Positions 54,352 through 62,508 of a DNA stretch of 64,000 bases are shown piece after piece (within the stretch, counting starts at the first letter, position 1; each line of letters begins with the position of its first letter). The DNA lies in NCBI GenBank assembly GCA_964472755.1, contig CAYYMF010000002.1, forward strand, positions 2,927-66,926, in the 5' to 3' direction. A model generated the notes under the pieces. It ran no database searches, was not told the DNA's origin, and saw only the letters and a list, made by a program, of their open reading frames with translations. The DNA is from an uncultured Chitinophagales bacterium (GTDB lineage Bacteria; Bacteroidota; Bacteroidia; Chitinophagales; JADIYW01). Made by a program: the position numbers and the translations under genes.

Positions 54352-55649
54352 TATAATGTCCAATAATTTAGTTTTTTAAAAGTTCCTTTATAAATATTCT
54401 TCAAGTCTAATAATATACAATCTGAATTGGATAAACTTACAAAATAATCTTCATTTAATAATTTATATTCATCATGAGCAACAGAAACAATAATTGCATC
54501 ATATTTTCCTGAAGGTTGAGCATGTAGCTGAACCTCATATTCATGCAATACTTCCTCAGCATCAGCATTTGGGTCAATAATATCTACTTTGGCATTGTAA
54601 TCTACCAGTTCATTATATAAATCAAATATTTTTGAATTTCTTATATCTGTTACGTTTTCTTTAAACGTTGCACCCATTATCAAAACCCTACATTCTGTTG
54701 GATTTTTGTCAATTTTCAACCAGTTTTTGATAATTTTCTTTGCGATATATTGAGGCATTCCATCATTTATATTTCTGCCACTTAATATAATTTTAGGCTC
54801 ATAGCCTAATGCCATTGATTTATAAGTTAAATAATATGGATCCACACCAATACAATGTCCACCAACTAAGCCTGGTTGAAACCTTAGAAAATTCCATTTT
54901 GTGCCAGCGGCTTCTAAAACTTCATAAGTATTTATATTCATTTTACTAAATACTTGAGAAAGTTCGTTCATTAAAGCAATATTCAAATCACGTTGTGTAT
55001 TTTCAATCACTTTGGCAGCTTCAGCAACTTTAATGCTTGATGCTCTATGAACACCTGGCTCAATAATAGATTCATAAACTTTGGCAATAACATCAAGAGA
55101 TTCTGCATCGCAACCTGAAACAATTTTCAATATTTTAGTCAATGTATGTTCTGTATCTCCCGGATTAATTCTTTCTGGAGAATAACCTACTTTAAAATCT
55201 TCAACTGCTTTTAAACCCGATAATTTTTCAATAATTGGCACACAATCATCTTCTGTGCAACCTGGATAAACCGTTGATTCAAAAACTACATAATCTCCTT
55301 TATTAATAACTTTTCCAACAGTTGTAGATGCTCCAATTAATGGTTTTAAATCAGGCGTTCTATATTGATCAACAGGTGTAGGAACCGCAACTATATAAAA
55401 AGTTGCAGCTTTTAAATCTTCAATATTTGAAGAAAATAAAATATCCTTATTATCGAATGCTGACGATGGTAGTTCATTACTTGGGTCGATTTTATGTTTC
55501 ATTAATTCTACCCTTTTCTCGTTGATATCAAAACCAATTACTGAAAATTTATTTGCAAATTCTAAAGCAATGGGTAATCCAACATAACCCAAACCTATTA
55601 CTGCAAGTTTTGTTTCTTTATTTTTTAATCTACTAAATACTTTGCTCAT
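54351..55649 (-). CDS. Nucleotide-sugar dehydrogenase (UDP-N-acetyl-hexosamine dehydrogenase type, TviB/WbpO/Cap5O-like)
   Basis: 432 aa with VIGLGYVGLPIALEFA, a GGHCIGVDP catalytic Cys and a C-terminal UDP-binding domain pattern. The exact substrate cannot be assigned. Confidence 0.8.
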   Translation of the reverse strand: MSKVFSRLKNKETKLAVIGLGYVGLPIALEFANKFSVIGFDINEKRVELMKHKIDPSNELPSSAFDNKDILFSSNIEDLKAATFYIVAVPTPVDQYRTPDLKPLIGASTTVGKVINKGDYVVFESTVYPGCTEDDCVPIIEKLSGLKAVEDFKVGYSPERINPGDTEHTLTKILKIVSGCDAESLDVIAKVYESIIEPGVHRASSIKVAEAAKVIENTQRDLNIALMNELSQVFSKMNINTYEVLEAAGTKWNFLRFQPGLVGGHCIGVDPYYLTYKSMALGYEPKIILSGRNINDGMPQYIAKKIIKNWLKIDKNPTECRVLIMGATFKENVTDIRNSKIFDLYNELVDYNAKVDIIDPNADAEEVLHEYEVQLHAQPSGKYDAIIVSVAHDEYKLLNEDYFVSLSNSDCILLDLKNIYKGTFKKLNYWTL

Positions 55650-55665
55650 TATCTATTAATCAGTA

Positions 55666-55673
55666 CAAATATA
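55666..55673 (-). promoter_or_regulatory. Candidate -7 promoter box (TATATTTG on the minus strand) for the polysaccharide operon
   Basis: The plus strand reads caaatata, 17 nt upstream of the ATG at 55649. Confidence 0.45.
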
Positions 55674-55761
55674 AAAATATTTAGGCTTATTTTTTATACA
55701 TAAAATTGTTAATTAGTATAATTCTACTATTTTTATTGGACTTTATAATCTAATTATACTT

Positions 55762-56913
55762 TTGATTACTTATATATACCAAATAATTATACATCTCATT
55801 TATTTCTCAATGAGGATTTTTGCTATTTTCAATCAAAAAATAGCACTTTGGTTTCGTTTACAAAAGGATTGGAAATCAGCTTTAAATAAAGCTAATTCAA
55901 AAGACATTATTTGGTTTCATGTTGCTTCTGTTGGCGAGTTTGAAATGGCGATTCCAATCATCAAACAAATTAAATCAACACAACACTTACAAAAAATAGT
56001 AGTTTCCTTTTTCTCTACATCAGGTATAAGTTTTTATTCTCCAGATGAAACTATCGATTATTTCTTTCTTTATCCTAAAGATTATAAGAAAAATGTAAAT
56101 TTTATTTTAGAAAATATGCAACCTAAATGTTTGATTATTGTAAAAAACGAACGTTGGTTAAATTTAGTACAACAAACTTATTTAAAAAAAATTCCAATTT
56201 ATCAAGTTGAAGTAGAACAAAAAAAACACGCCTTTGTTTATCAGCAATACCTCAATTATTTCCAACAATTTATCAAAAAAACATTCTATATAAAAAATGG
56301 CTCCTTACAAATTGAAAGCGTAAAAAATACTGAAAAAATCAATCTTCCTATCATTCAAGAATTTACTTCAAATCATTTTACTATCATTTTAGGAAGCTGT
56401 TATATAGAAGAAGTAAAACTCATCTCTTCATTATATAATAAACATACAAACTTAAAAATTATTCTTTGTCCACACGAAATAAACCATCAAACATTCGACC
56501 AATATCAATCATTTTTTAAAGGAAAAATTTCCAAATATTCTGACTTAATTATTGAATCTAATATTTTATTCATCGACAAAATGGGCATTCTAAAGCATAT
56601 TTATCCTTATACTCAAATTGCCTTTATTGGTGGTGGTTTTTATAATAAATTACACAATATCTTTGAGGCTGCTATTTATAATAACATTATCCTAACTGGC
56701 AATAAAATTAATAGAAATTACCTAAATTCATTAGCTGATGAAACTCAACTAATTCACAAAATAGAAAATTTAGGTAGTTTAGAATTCATAATTAGTAAAG
56801 CTTATAACTCGCCCAATTTTATGAATGTTAACAAAGAAAAATGGAATAACTTTTTCAATTTACATCAAAATACGGCTCAGTTTATAACAGAAACTATTCT
56901 TTCTGATTTATAA
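55762..56913 (+). CDS. waaA: 3-deoxy-D-manno-octulosonic acid (Kdo) transferase
   Basis: 383 aa with an N-terminal TM, an IWFHVASVGEFEMAIPII motif and a C-terminal GT-B pattern (FIGGGF). The TTG start at 55762 is uncertain. Confidence 0.75.
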   Translation: MITYIYQIIIHLIYFSMRIFAIFNQKIALWFRLQKDWKSALNKANSKDIIWFHVASVGEFEMAIPIIKQIKSTQHLQKIVVSFFSTSGISFYSPDETIDYFFLYPKDYKKNVNFILENMQPKCLIIVKNERWLNLVQQTYLKKIPIYQVEVEQKKHAFVYQQYLNYFQQFIKKTFYIKNGSLQIESVKNTEKINLPIIQEFTSNHFTIILGSCYIEEVKLISSLYNKHTNLKIILCPHEINHQTFDQYQSFFKGKISKYSDLIIESNILFIDKMGILKHIYPYTQIAFIGGGFYNKLHNIFEAAIYNNIILTGNKINRNYLNSLADETQLIHKIENLGSLEFIISKAYNSPNFMNVNKEKWNNFFNLHQNTAQFITETILSDL

Positions 56914-58206
56914 ATTATATTTTTTATTCAAAATATTAAGAAATCGCTCTGAAATATTTTTCTTAGCTTCCCAATTATACTTTACTGATAATACATTCGT
57001 ACAAAAATCTAAAGCATCTTGATAATTTTCAAAAACATCAATTTCTTTTATCGAACTTTCATATTCTGAAAATTGACTAGCAAATAATTCACGCACAAAA
57101 ATAAACTTATCATTTAAAGCAATTTGTTCACTTAATGATTTTCTATTTACAATACTTTCATATTCTAGACCTCTAGTAAAAGTAGAACCTTCGTTTGCAA
57201 TATCATTTTGTTCCGGATTTGTATCTACTAAATTAACATGCTCTTTAGTTTCCTCCCTTTCAGATTTTTTTTCAAAATCCACTAATATTTTATCTTTTTC
57301 AATCTCATCTAAAACCAATATTTGTTTTTCTTCAATTTCAGTAGAAATATTTGGTTTTATTACTTGTTCCTCAGACACCAACTGAATAGGTTCTTTTATT
57401 TCTGTATTTAAATTAAATTCAATTTTCTCTTCTACTTTTTCAATATTCTCTGCAACTAAAGTACGCTTTGAATCGTCAAGAATTTGAGTTTCTTCTTTTT
57501 CCTCAGACACCAAATTAATAGGCTCTTTTATTTTAGTGTTTAAATTAAATTCAATTTTATCCTTTTCCACTTCAACATCATCAGCCACTAAAACATTTGA
57601 ATTATTTTGTATCTCTCCCATTGTATTAACAGCACTTTTAACTTCAGGTTTTTCATCAAAAATATGTTGATGATATTCGTCAAAATCTATTAAAGTATTA
57701 TATCTAATTGACGGCAAATCTGCACTTAAAAACACAACAGGTTCGACTAAAATTCTTTCCTCAGAAATAATATTTTGTTCCGTCGATATATTTTCTACTA
57801 CATCATGCTTCGCTTCAACAAAATTTAATTCATTATTATTTGCCTCCACAAAACTTTCAAAAACATTTAGTGAACTTTCATCAGACTGCTCTTTTTCTTT
57901 CAAAATATCAAATTCTTCATTTTTTTGATTACCCACAGATTCAACTTCTGCAAACTCGGTTAATGTAACTTCTGCCTCTTCTTCATTTTGCTTTAAATTA
58001 TCTAAAATTCCTTTTTTTGTTTCTGTTGTTGCTAAGCCAAATTTAATTTGTATATCTTCAATTCGTTCTGCACATACATATAAATACTTCTTCATTATTT
58101 GCAATTCTTCCGGAGCCATTGTGCCTTCATCTAATATTGCCTTATTTAAGTCCGAAACAATTTTTAAATAACTATCTATTTTTTTCAACGAACTACGTAT
58201 TTCCAT
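56908..58206 (-). CDS. Acidic, repeat-containing protein of unknown function
   Basis: 432 aa. A helical N-terminal ~70 aa is followed by a long Glu/Asp/Asn-rich low-complexity centre with a 44-aa duplication, then a C-terminal ~90-aa globular-looking domain (FIFVRELFASQFSEYESSIKEID...). Confidence 0.55.
   Translation of the reverse strand: MEIRSSLKKIDSYLKIVSDLNKAILDEGTMAPEELQIMKKYLYVCAERIEDIQIKFGLATTETKKGILDNLKQNEEEAEVTLTEFAEVESVGNQKNEEFDILKEKEQSDESSLNVFESFVEANNNELNFVEAKHDVVENISTEQNIISEERILVEPVVFLSADLPSIRYNTLIDFDEYHQHIFDEKPEVKSAVNTMGEIQNNSNVLVADDVEVEKDKIEFNLNTKIKEPINLVSEEKEETQILDDSKRTLVAENIEKVEEKIEFNLNTEIKEPIQLVSEEQVIKPNISTEIEEKQILVLDEIEKDKILVDFEKKSEREETKEHVNLVDTNPEQNDIANEGSTFTRGLEYESIVNRKSLSEQIALNDKFIFVRELFASQFSEYESSIKEIDVFENYQDALDFCTNVLSVKYNWEAKKNISERFLNILNKKYNL
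57367..57630 (-). repeat. Intragenic tandem duplication, period 132 bp (44 aa), two copies
   Basis: The sequence ttcctcagacaccaa(c/a)t(g/t)aatagg...tttaaattaaattcaatttt recurs at 57367 and 57499. It encodes KIEFNLNT(K/E)IKEPI(N/Q)LVSEE twice, and the copies diverge in their second halves. Confidence 0.75.
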
Positions 58207-58235
58207 GATATTTTGTATTTTGGGTTCAATTTCTA

Positions 58236-58243
58236 CAAAATTA
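58236..58243 (-). promoter_or_regulatory. Candidate -7 promoter box (TAATTTTG on the minus strand) for the acidic-protein gene
   Basis: The plus strand reads caaaatta, 30 nt upstream of the ATG at 58206. Confidence 0.4.
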
Positions 58244-58257
58244 AAACAAAATAAATT

Positions 58258-58824
58258 ATGTTTTTAGAACAAAATGTGAATAACTCTAAAAACGGATGGA
58301 TTGAAGTCGTTTGTGGGTCAATGTTTTCTGGCAAGACCGAGGAGCTTTTGCGTAGAATAAAGCGTGCAAAGATTGCAAATTTGAAAATTGAAATTTTCAA
58401 ACCAATGATAGATACACGATATGATGAAACTGCTGTTGTATCACATGATGCAAATTCTATCCAATCCACACCTGTTAGTAGTTCCCAAAACATTTTATTA
58501 TTAAGTCATCAAATAGATGTTGTAGGAATTGATGAAGCCCAATTTTTTGATGAAGGTTTACCAGAAGTTTGCTCGAAGTTGGCAAATAAAGGCATTCGGG
58601 TAATTGTTGCAGGATTGGACAAAGATTTTCTAGGACAACCTTTTGGCTGTATGCCACAATTAATGGCGATTGCAGAATATGTTACCAAAGTTCATGCAAT
58701 TTGTGTCCAATGTGGCAACTTAGCAAACTTTTCCTATCGTTTAGTAAGTAATGAAAAAATTGTACTTTTAGGTGAAAAAGAAAGTTATGAACCTAGATGT
58801 CGAACTTGTTTTAATCAACAATAA
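58258..58824 (+). CDS. tdk: Thymidine kinase
   Basis: 188 aa with the P-loop [14 protein letters not shown] and a zinc-ribbon pair C..C / C..C (AICVQCG, PRCRTCF). Confidence 0.93.
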   Translation: MFLEQNVNNSKNGWIEVVCGSMFSGKTEELLRRIKRAKIANLKIEIFKPMIDTRYDETAVVSHDANSIQSTPVSSSQNILLLSHQIDVVGIDEAQFFDEGLPEVCSKLANKGIRVIVAGLDKDFLGQPFGCMPQLMAIAEYVTKVHAICVQCGNLANFSYRLVSNEKIVLLGEKESYEPRCRTCFNQQ

Positions 58825-58835
58825 TTCAGAAAAAT

Positions 58836-59348
58836 ATGAAGATAGCTAATTTTGAAATCCCTGATGAAATTTCAATAAATAATAAAAAACTCCGTTTAAA
58901 TGGAGCTGCAATGCGTACAAAGTTTTTTATTAACACTTATATTATAGCACTTTATTCGGAAAAGCCTATCCAAAATGAAGAAGATGCTATCCACTCCACT
59001 ATTCCAAGATGTTTAAGGATGATAATTACAACACCTTTAGCTACGCCATCGGCTGTTAGTCAAAATATAGGCAATGGATTAAAAGATTCTATGCCTTCTT
59101 CAAACTATAAAAAAATCCAACCTTTATTAGAAAATATTAAAGAAATTATAGAAAAAACAAATACAGGATACAAAGATACTATTGATAATTTTTATGATAA
59201 CGATAAAGCATTTTATTATTATAAAAACGATAGTTTATTAGGAAAAACAGATGCAGAAGGACAAATTCTTGCCGAAGCCATATTCGATTTATATTTAGGG
59301 AAGAAACCTAAAGACCCAAAAATTAAAAAATTACTATTAGGAAAATAA
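58836..59348 (+). CDS. Chalcone-isomerase-like fold protein
   Basis: 170 aa. The N-terminal pattern LRLNGAAMRTKFFINTYIIALY resembles the l.lnG.g.R.k...vYv.aLY signature of bacterial chalcone-isomerase-like proteins. Confidence 0.5.
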   Translation: MKIANFEIPDEISINNKKLRLNGAAMRTKFFINTYIIALYSEKPIQNEEDAIHSTIPRCLRMIITTPLATPSAVSQNIGNGLKDSMPSSNYKKIQPLLENIKEIIEKTNTGYKDTIDNFYDNDKAFYYYKNDSLLGKTDAEGQILAEAIFDLYLGKKPKDPKIKKLLLGK

Positions 59349-59363
59349 TTCTTAGCTTTCAAT

Positions 59364-59780
59364 ATGAAAAAAATCATTATCATAAACGGTCCAAATCTAA
59401 ATTTATTAGGAAAAAGAGAACCTGAAATTTATGGCAGTCAAACTTTCCAAGATAATTTTAACCAATTACAAATAGATAATTCTACAATAGAATTAAGTTA
59501 TTATCAATCAAATATAGAAGGCGAATTGATTAATAAAATACACGAAGTAGGTTTTAACTTTGATGGTATTATTTTAAATGCTGGAGCTTATACGCACACT
59601 TCTATTGCAATTGCAGATGCTATAAAAGCTATTACTGCACCTGTTATTGAAGTACATATTAGCAACACTTTTGCACGTGAACCATTTAGACATCATTCCT
59701 ATATTTCGCCAGTTGCCAAAGGAATTATTGTTGGATTTGGATTTAAAAGTTATCAATTAGCTTTAGATAGTTTAAAATAA
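59364..59780 (+). CDS. aroQ: 3-dehydroquinate dehydratase, type II
   Basis: 138 aa with IIIINGPNLNLLGKREPEIYG, QSNIEGELI, NAGAYTHTS and HISN motifs. Confidence 0.93.
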   Translation: MKKIIIINGPNLNLLGKREPEIYGSQTFQDNFNQLQIDNSTIELSYYQSNIEGELINKIHEVGFNFDGIILNAGAYTHTSIAIADAIKAITAPVIEVHISNTFAREPFRHHSYISPVAKGIIVGFGFKSYQLALDSLK

Positions 59781-59786
59781 AATAGA

Positions 59787-60188
59787 ATGTCCGAACAAAA
59801 TGAGATTATATTATTCGATGGCGTTTGCAATTTCTGTCAAGGTTCAGTAAAATTTATCATTAAATATGACAAAACTAAAAAGCTAAAATTTGCTTCATTA
59901 CAATCTGAAATTGGTCAAGAACTAAGAGCAACTTATCAGATTCCAGAAGCCACCGATAGTATTGTATTTATTAAAAACTATAAAGCATATCTAAAATCAA
60001 GTGCTGCATTAAGAATTGCAACTTATTTATCTTTTCCATTAAATTGGCTATACATTTTTATTATAATACCACCATTTATAAGAAATTTCCTGTATGATAT
60101 TATTGCAAAAAACAGATACAAATGGTTTGGAAAACAAGATGCTTGTATGTTGCCAACGCCTGAAATACGTTCTCGATTTTTGGATTAA
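59787..60188 (+). CDS. Thiol-disulfide oxidoreductase, DCC family (DUF393)
   Basis: 133 aa with the N-terminal ILFDGVCNFCQGSVKFIIKYD CxxC motif typical of the DCC family. Confidence 0.75.
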   Translation: MSEQNEIILFDGVCNFCQGSVKFIIKYDKTKKLKFASLQSEIGQELRATYQIPEATDSIVFIKNYKAYLKSSAALRIATYLSFPLNWLYIFIIIPPFIRNFLYDIIAKNRYKWFGKQDACMLPTPEIRSRFLD

Positions 60189-60267
60189 TTATAGTCTTAA
60201 ACTTAGTTACTTTTCTCTATTAGTAGAATTAAAGTTGGTTGCTCAATTATTTATTTGATAAATTACT

Positions 60268-60939
60268 TTACTTTTCATCTTGAACAACAATAACTTGTTT
60301 TTCTAATCCAAGATATTGTCCAATAATTTTAGCAATTAACTCTGGTTTTTCCCATTTTGAAAAATCTGCATTGGGCATGGCTGCACGATTTTGTGGTGTG
60401 TCTATTATACTTGGCACAACAACATGTGTTTGAATTAAAGTACCCTTCGATTCAACATCAATTAATTTTGCTAATTGAAATAAAAGTGATTTTGATAAAC
60501 TGTAAGCAGTAACGCCTTTGCCATTTGATGTGTCTTTTCCAGCCAAAGAACCAATAAAAAACAAGTCGCCACTTTTTTGTTCATGCATTTTGGCTAAAAT
60601 TGGGCGAACTAAATTATAAGTCGTTTCAAAATTTAATTGGTACTGTTTGAAAATATCTTGTGTTGAAGTATCAGCAATATTTCCCATTGCAAACCCTCCT
60701 ACTGTATGAACTAATGCATCTATTCTACCATAATTTGCTATTATATTTTGAACACAATCTGCGGTTGCTTTTTCATCTAAGAGATTGACTGCTATTTCTT
60801 GAAAATTTTCTTCTTTAATTAAATTACTCAATTGATGTTCTAATCCTATAACCAACCATTTTTGAGCTAAAAAATATTGCACAACTGCACGACCTAAATT
60901 TCCATTTGCTCCACTAACTATCGCAATTTTATTTTTCAT
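60268..60939 (-). CDS. Short-chain dehydrogenase/reductase (SDR) family oxidoreductase
   Basis: 223 aa with the cofactor motif IAIVSGANGNLGRAV and the catalytic YSLSK. Confidence 0.8.
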   Translation of the reverse strand: MKNKIAIVSGANGNLGRAVVQYFLAQKWLVIGLEHQLSNLIKEENFQEIAVNLLDEKATADCVQNIIANYGRIDALVHTVGGFAMGNIADTSTQDIFKQYQLNFETTYNLVRPILAKMHEQKSGDLFFIGSLAGKDTSNGKGVTAYSLSKSLLFQLAKLIDVESKGTLIQTHVVVPSIIDTPQNRAAMPNADFSKWEKPELIAKIIGQYLGLEKQVIVVQDEK

Positions 60940-61003
60940 ATATCAATTACTATATTTTACCTAAAAATAAAAAAAATACCAAGCAAACAAAAAAACAAAA
61001 TTT

Positions 61004-61474
61004 TTAATAATTTGGATTTTCCTTAAATCTTTGCACTAAAATACTCAATGCATCTTGTACAATTTTAGTATTTAACTGTAATAATAAAAAGCCAGTAAAT
61101 GGTACTAATGGCTCAAACTCAATTACATATTCTAAGCGAGATTGATTTACACCCATTGGAATAAAATTCATTTTTCCAATATGGTTTTTAAGTGGACTCA
61201 CAGAGCTAATTTTATATTCAATGTATTTATTTTCTACATAAGCTATTATTGTTTCTTGCAAAACAACGGGAAAACCAATGATAATTCTTGCAGAGCCAAC
61301 ATCATTACAGTTAAATGGATTTGGAGCATCAACAATCCGACGAATAAATGCTGGATAAATTTCAGACAATCTATTATGGTCACTAAAAAAAGAAAAAACA
61401 CGCTCAACGCTTACATTAAAATCTTGTAATAAACGAATGGTTTGCACATTATTTTTCTTCAAAATACCTTCCAT
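61004..61474 (-). CDS. SRPBCC (START / polyketide-cyclase-like) family protein
   Basis: 156 aa. Its size and the beta-alpha-beta-grip pattern (ERVFSFFSDHNRLSEIYP...YIEYKISS...HIGKMNF) fit the family. It is a paralog of the neighbouring gene. Confidence 0.55.
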   Translation of the reverse strand: MEGILKKNNVQTIRLLQDFNVSVERVFSFFSDHNRLSEIYPAFIRRIVDAPNPFNCNDVGSARIIIGFPVVLQETIIAYVENKYIEYKISSVSPLKNHIGKMNFIPMGVNQSRLEYVIEFEPLVPFTGFLLLQLNTKIVQDALSILVQRFKENPNY

Positions 61475-61914
61475 TATTTATATTTTGAAGCTAATTTTGA
61501 TAAGCCATTTCTGATAGAAGTTTCTAATACAAATTTCAAAATAGGATCCGCAAATGCAATCTTACTTTCTAAATCAATAGTATAATGTAAAACCGTTTGA
61601 TTATTTTCAGTCGAAAATTCCATTCTTCCTAAATGATATTTTACAGGAATATTATTAGAAATTTTATATTCAATCAAGTTCGGTTCTTCAAATACAGTAA
61701 CGGTTTCTTCAATTAACCCGACACCAATTCCCAAACTTCTTACAGAACCTAATCCATTTTTATTAGCACCTTCAGCATCTTTAATTCTTTTTACATCAAT
61801 CATAAAAATTGATTTCAAATTATTGTGATTGCTCAAAAAATCAAATATTTCTTGTTGTGGTGCATTGAACTTTTGTATAATATCAATATATTGCATAATC
61901 CTATTTTTCAGCAT
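61474..61914 (-). CDS. SRPBCC (START / polyketide-cyclase-like) family protein
   Basis: 146 aa with the same pattern (QEIFDFLSNHNNLKSIF...LIEYKISN...HLGRMEF). Its stop shares 1 nt with the downstream paralog's ATG. Confidence 0.55.
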   Translation of the reverse strand: MLKNRIMQYIDIIQKFNAPQQEIFDFLSNHNNLKSIFMIDVKRIKDAEGANKNGLGSVRSLGIGVGLIEETVTVFEEPNLIEYKISNNIPVKYHLGRMEFSTENNQTVLHYTIDLESKIAFADPILKFVLETSIRNGLSKLASKYK

Positions 61915-62019
61915 AAATTTAAGAAAAAAACAATCAACAAAAACGCTATCAATACTTATTTTACATTAGATAAGCTTTTAAAATTCAATTTTCTATTTTA
62001 TTTTTACAAAAAAAAGATA

Positions 62020-62508
62020 ATGAGTTTTGCTACTGCTGATTTATACGATGCCAACGAAAACAATCCAAACATTCAAGTTGCGTTGCCATTATTTCAATCT
62101 TATGGAAATAAAAAACAATTTAAGGGTAAAATTTTTACTTTAAAATGTCATGAAGACAATACATTAGTCGGCGATATTTTAAGAAAAGAAGATGGAACTG
62201 GAAAAGTTTTAGTCATTGATGGAGGGGGTTCATTGCGTTGTGCATTAGTGGGCGATAATATTGCTTTGGCTGCAATTAAAAATAATTGGGAAGGTATTAT
62301 TGTTTATGGTTGTATTCGTGATGCTGCACCTATTAATGAAATGGAGATTGGCATCAGAGCCTTAGCAACGAATCCTACAAAAACTGTAAAGAGAAATACT
62401 GGAACTCCTAATATTACGGTCAATTTTGCGAATGTCAATTTCATCAATGACCAATTTGTATATGTTGATGAAGATGGTATATTAGTGAGCAACAAAACTC
62501 TAATTTAA
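62020..62508 (+). CDS. rraA: RraA family protein (regulator of RNase E activity / 4-hydroxy-4-methyl-2-oxoglutarate aldolase fold)
   Basis: It is 162 aa from the ATG at 62020 (MSFATADLYDANENN...), with VLVIDGGGSLRCALVGDNIA and GCIRD motifs. The 65-aa upstream extension in the track runs antisense into the SRPBCC gene and is not credible. Confidence 0.85.
   Translation: MSFATADLYDANENNPNIQVALPLFQSYGNKKQFKGKIFTLKCHEDNTLVGDILRKEDGTGKVLVIDGGGSLRCALVGDNIALAAIKNNWEGIIVYGCIRDAAPINEMEIGIRALATNPTKTVKRNTGTPNITVNFANVNFINDQFVYVDEDGILVSNKTLI

Noticed and set aside
61825-62019. 65-aa N-terminal extension of the rraA ORF in the track
   Set aside because: It overlaps the SRPBCC gene on the opposite strand and the intergenic region. 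The RraA homology begins exactly at the ATG at 62020.
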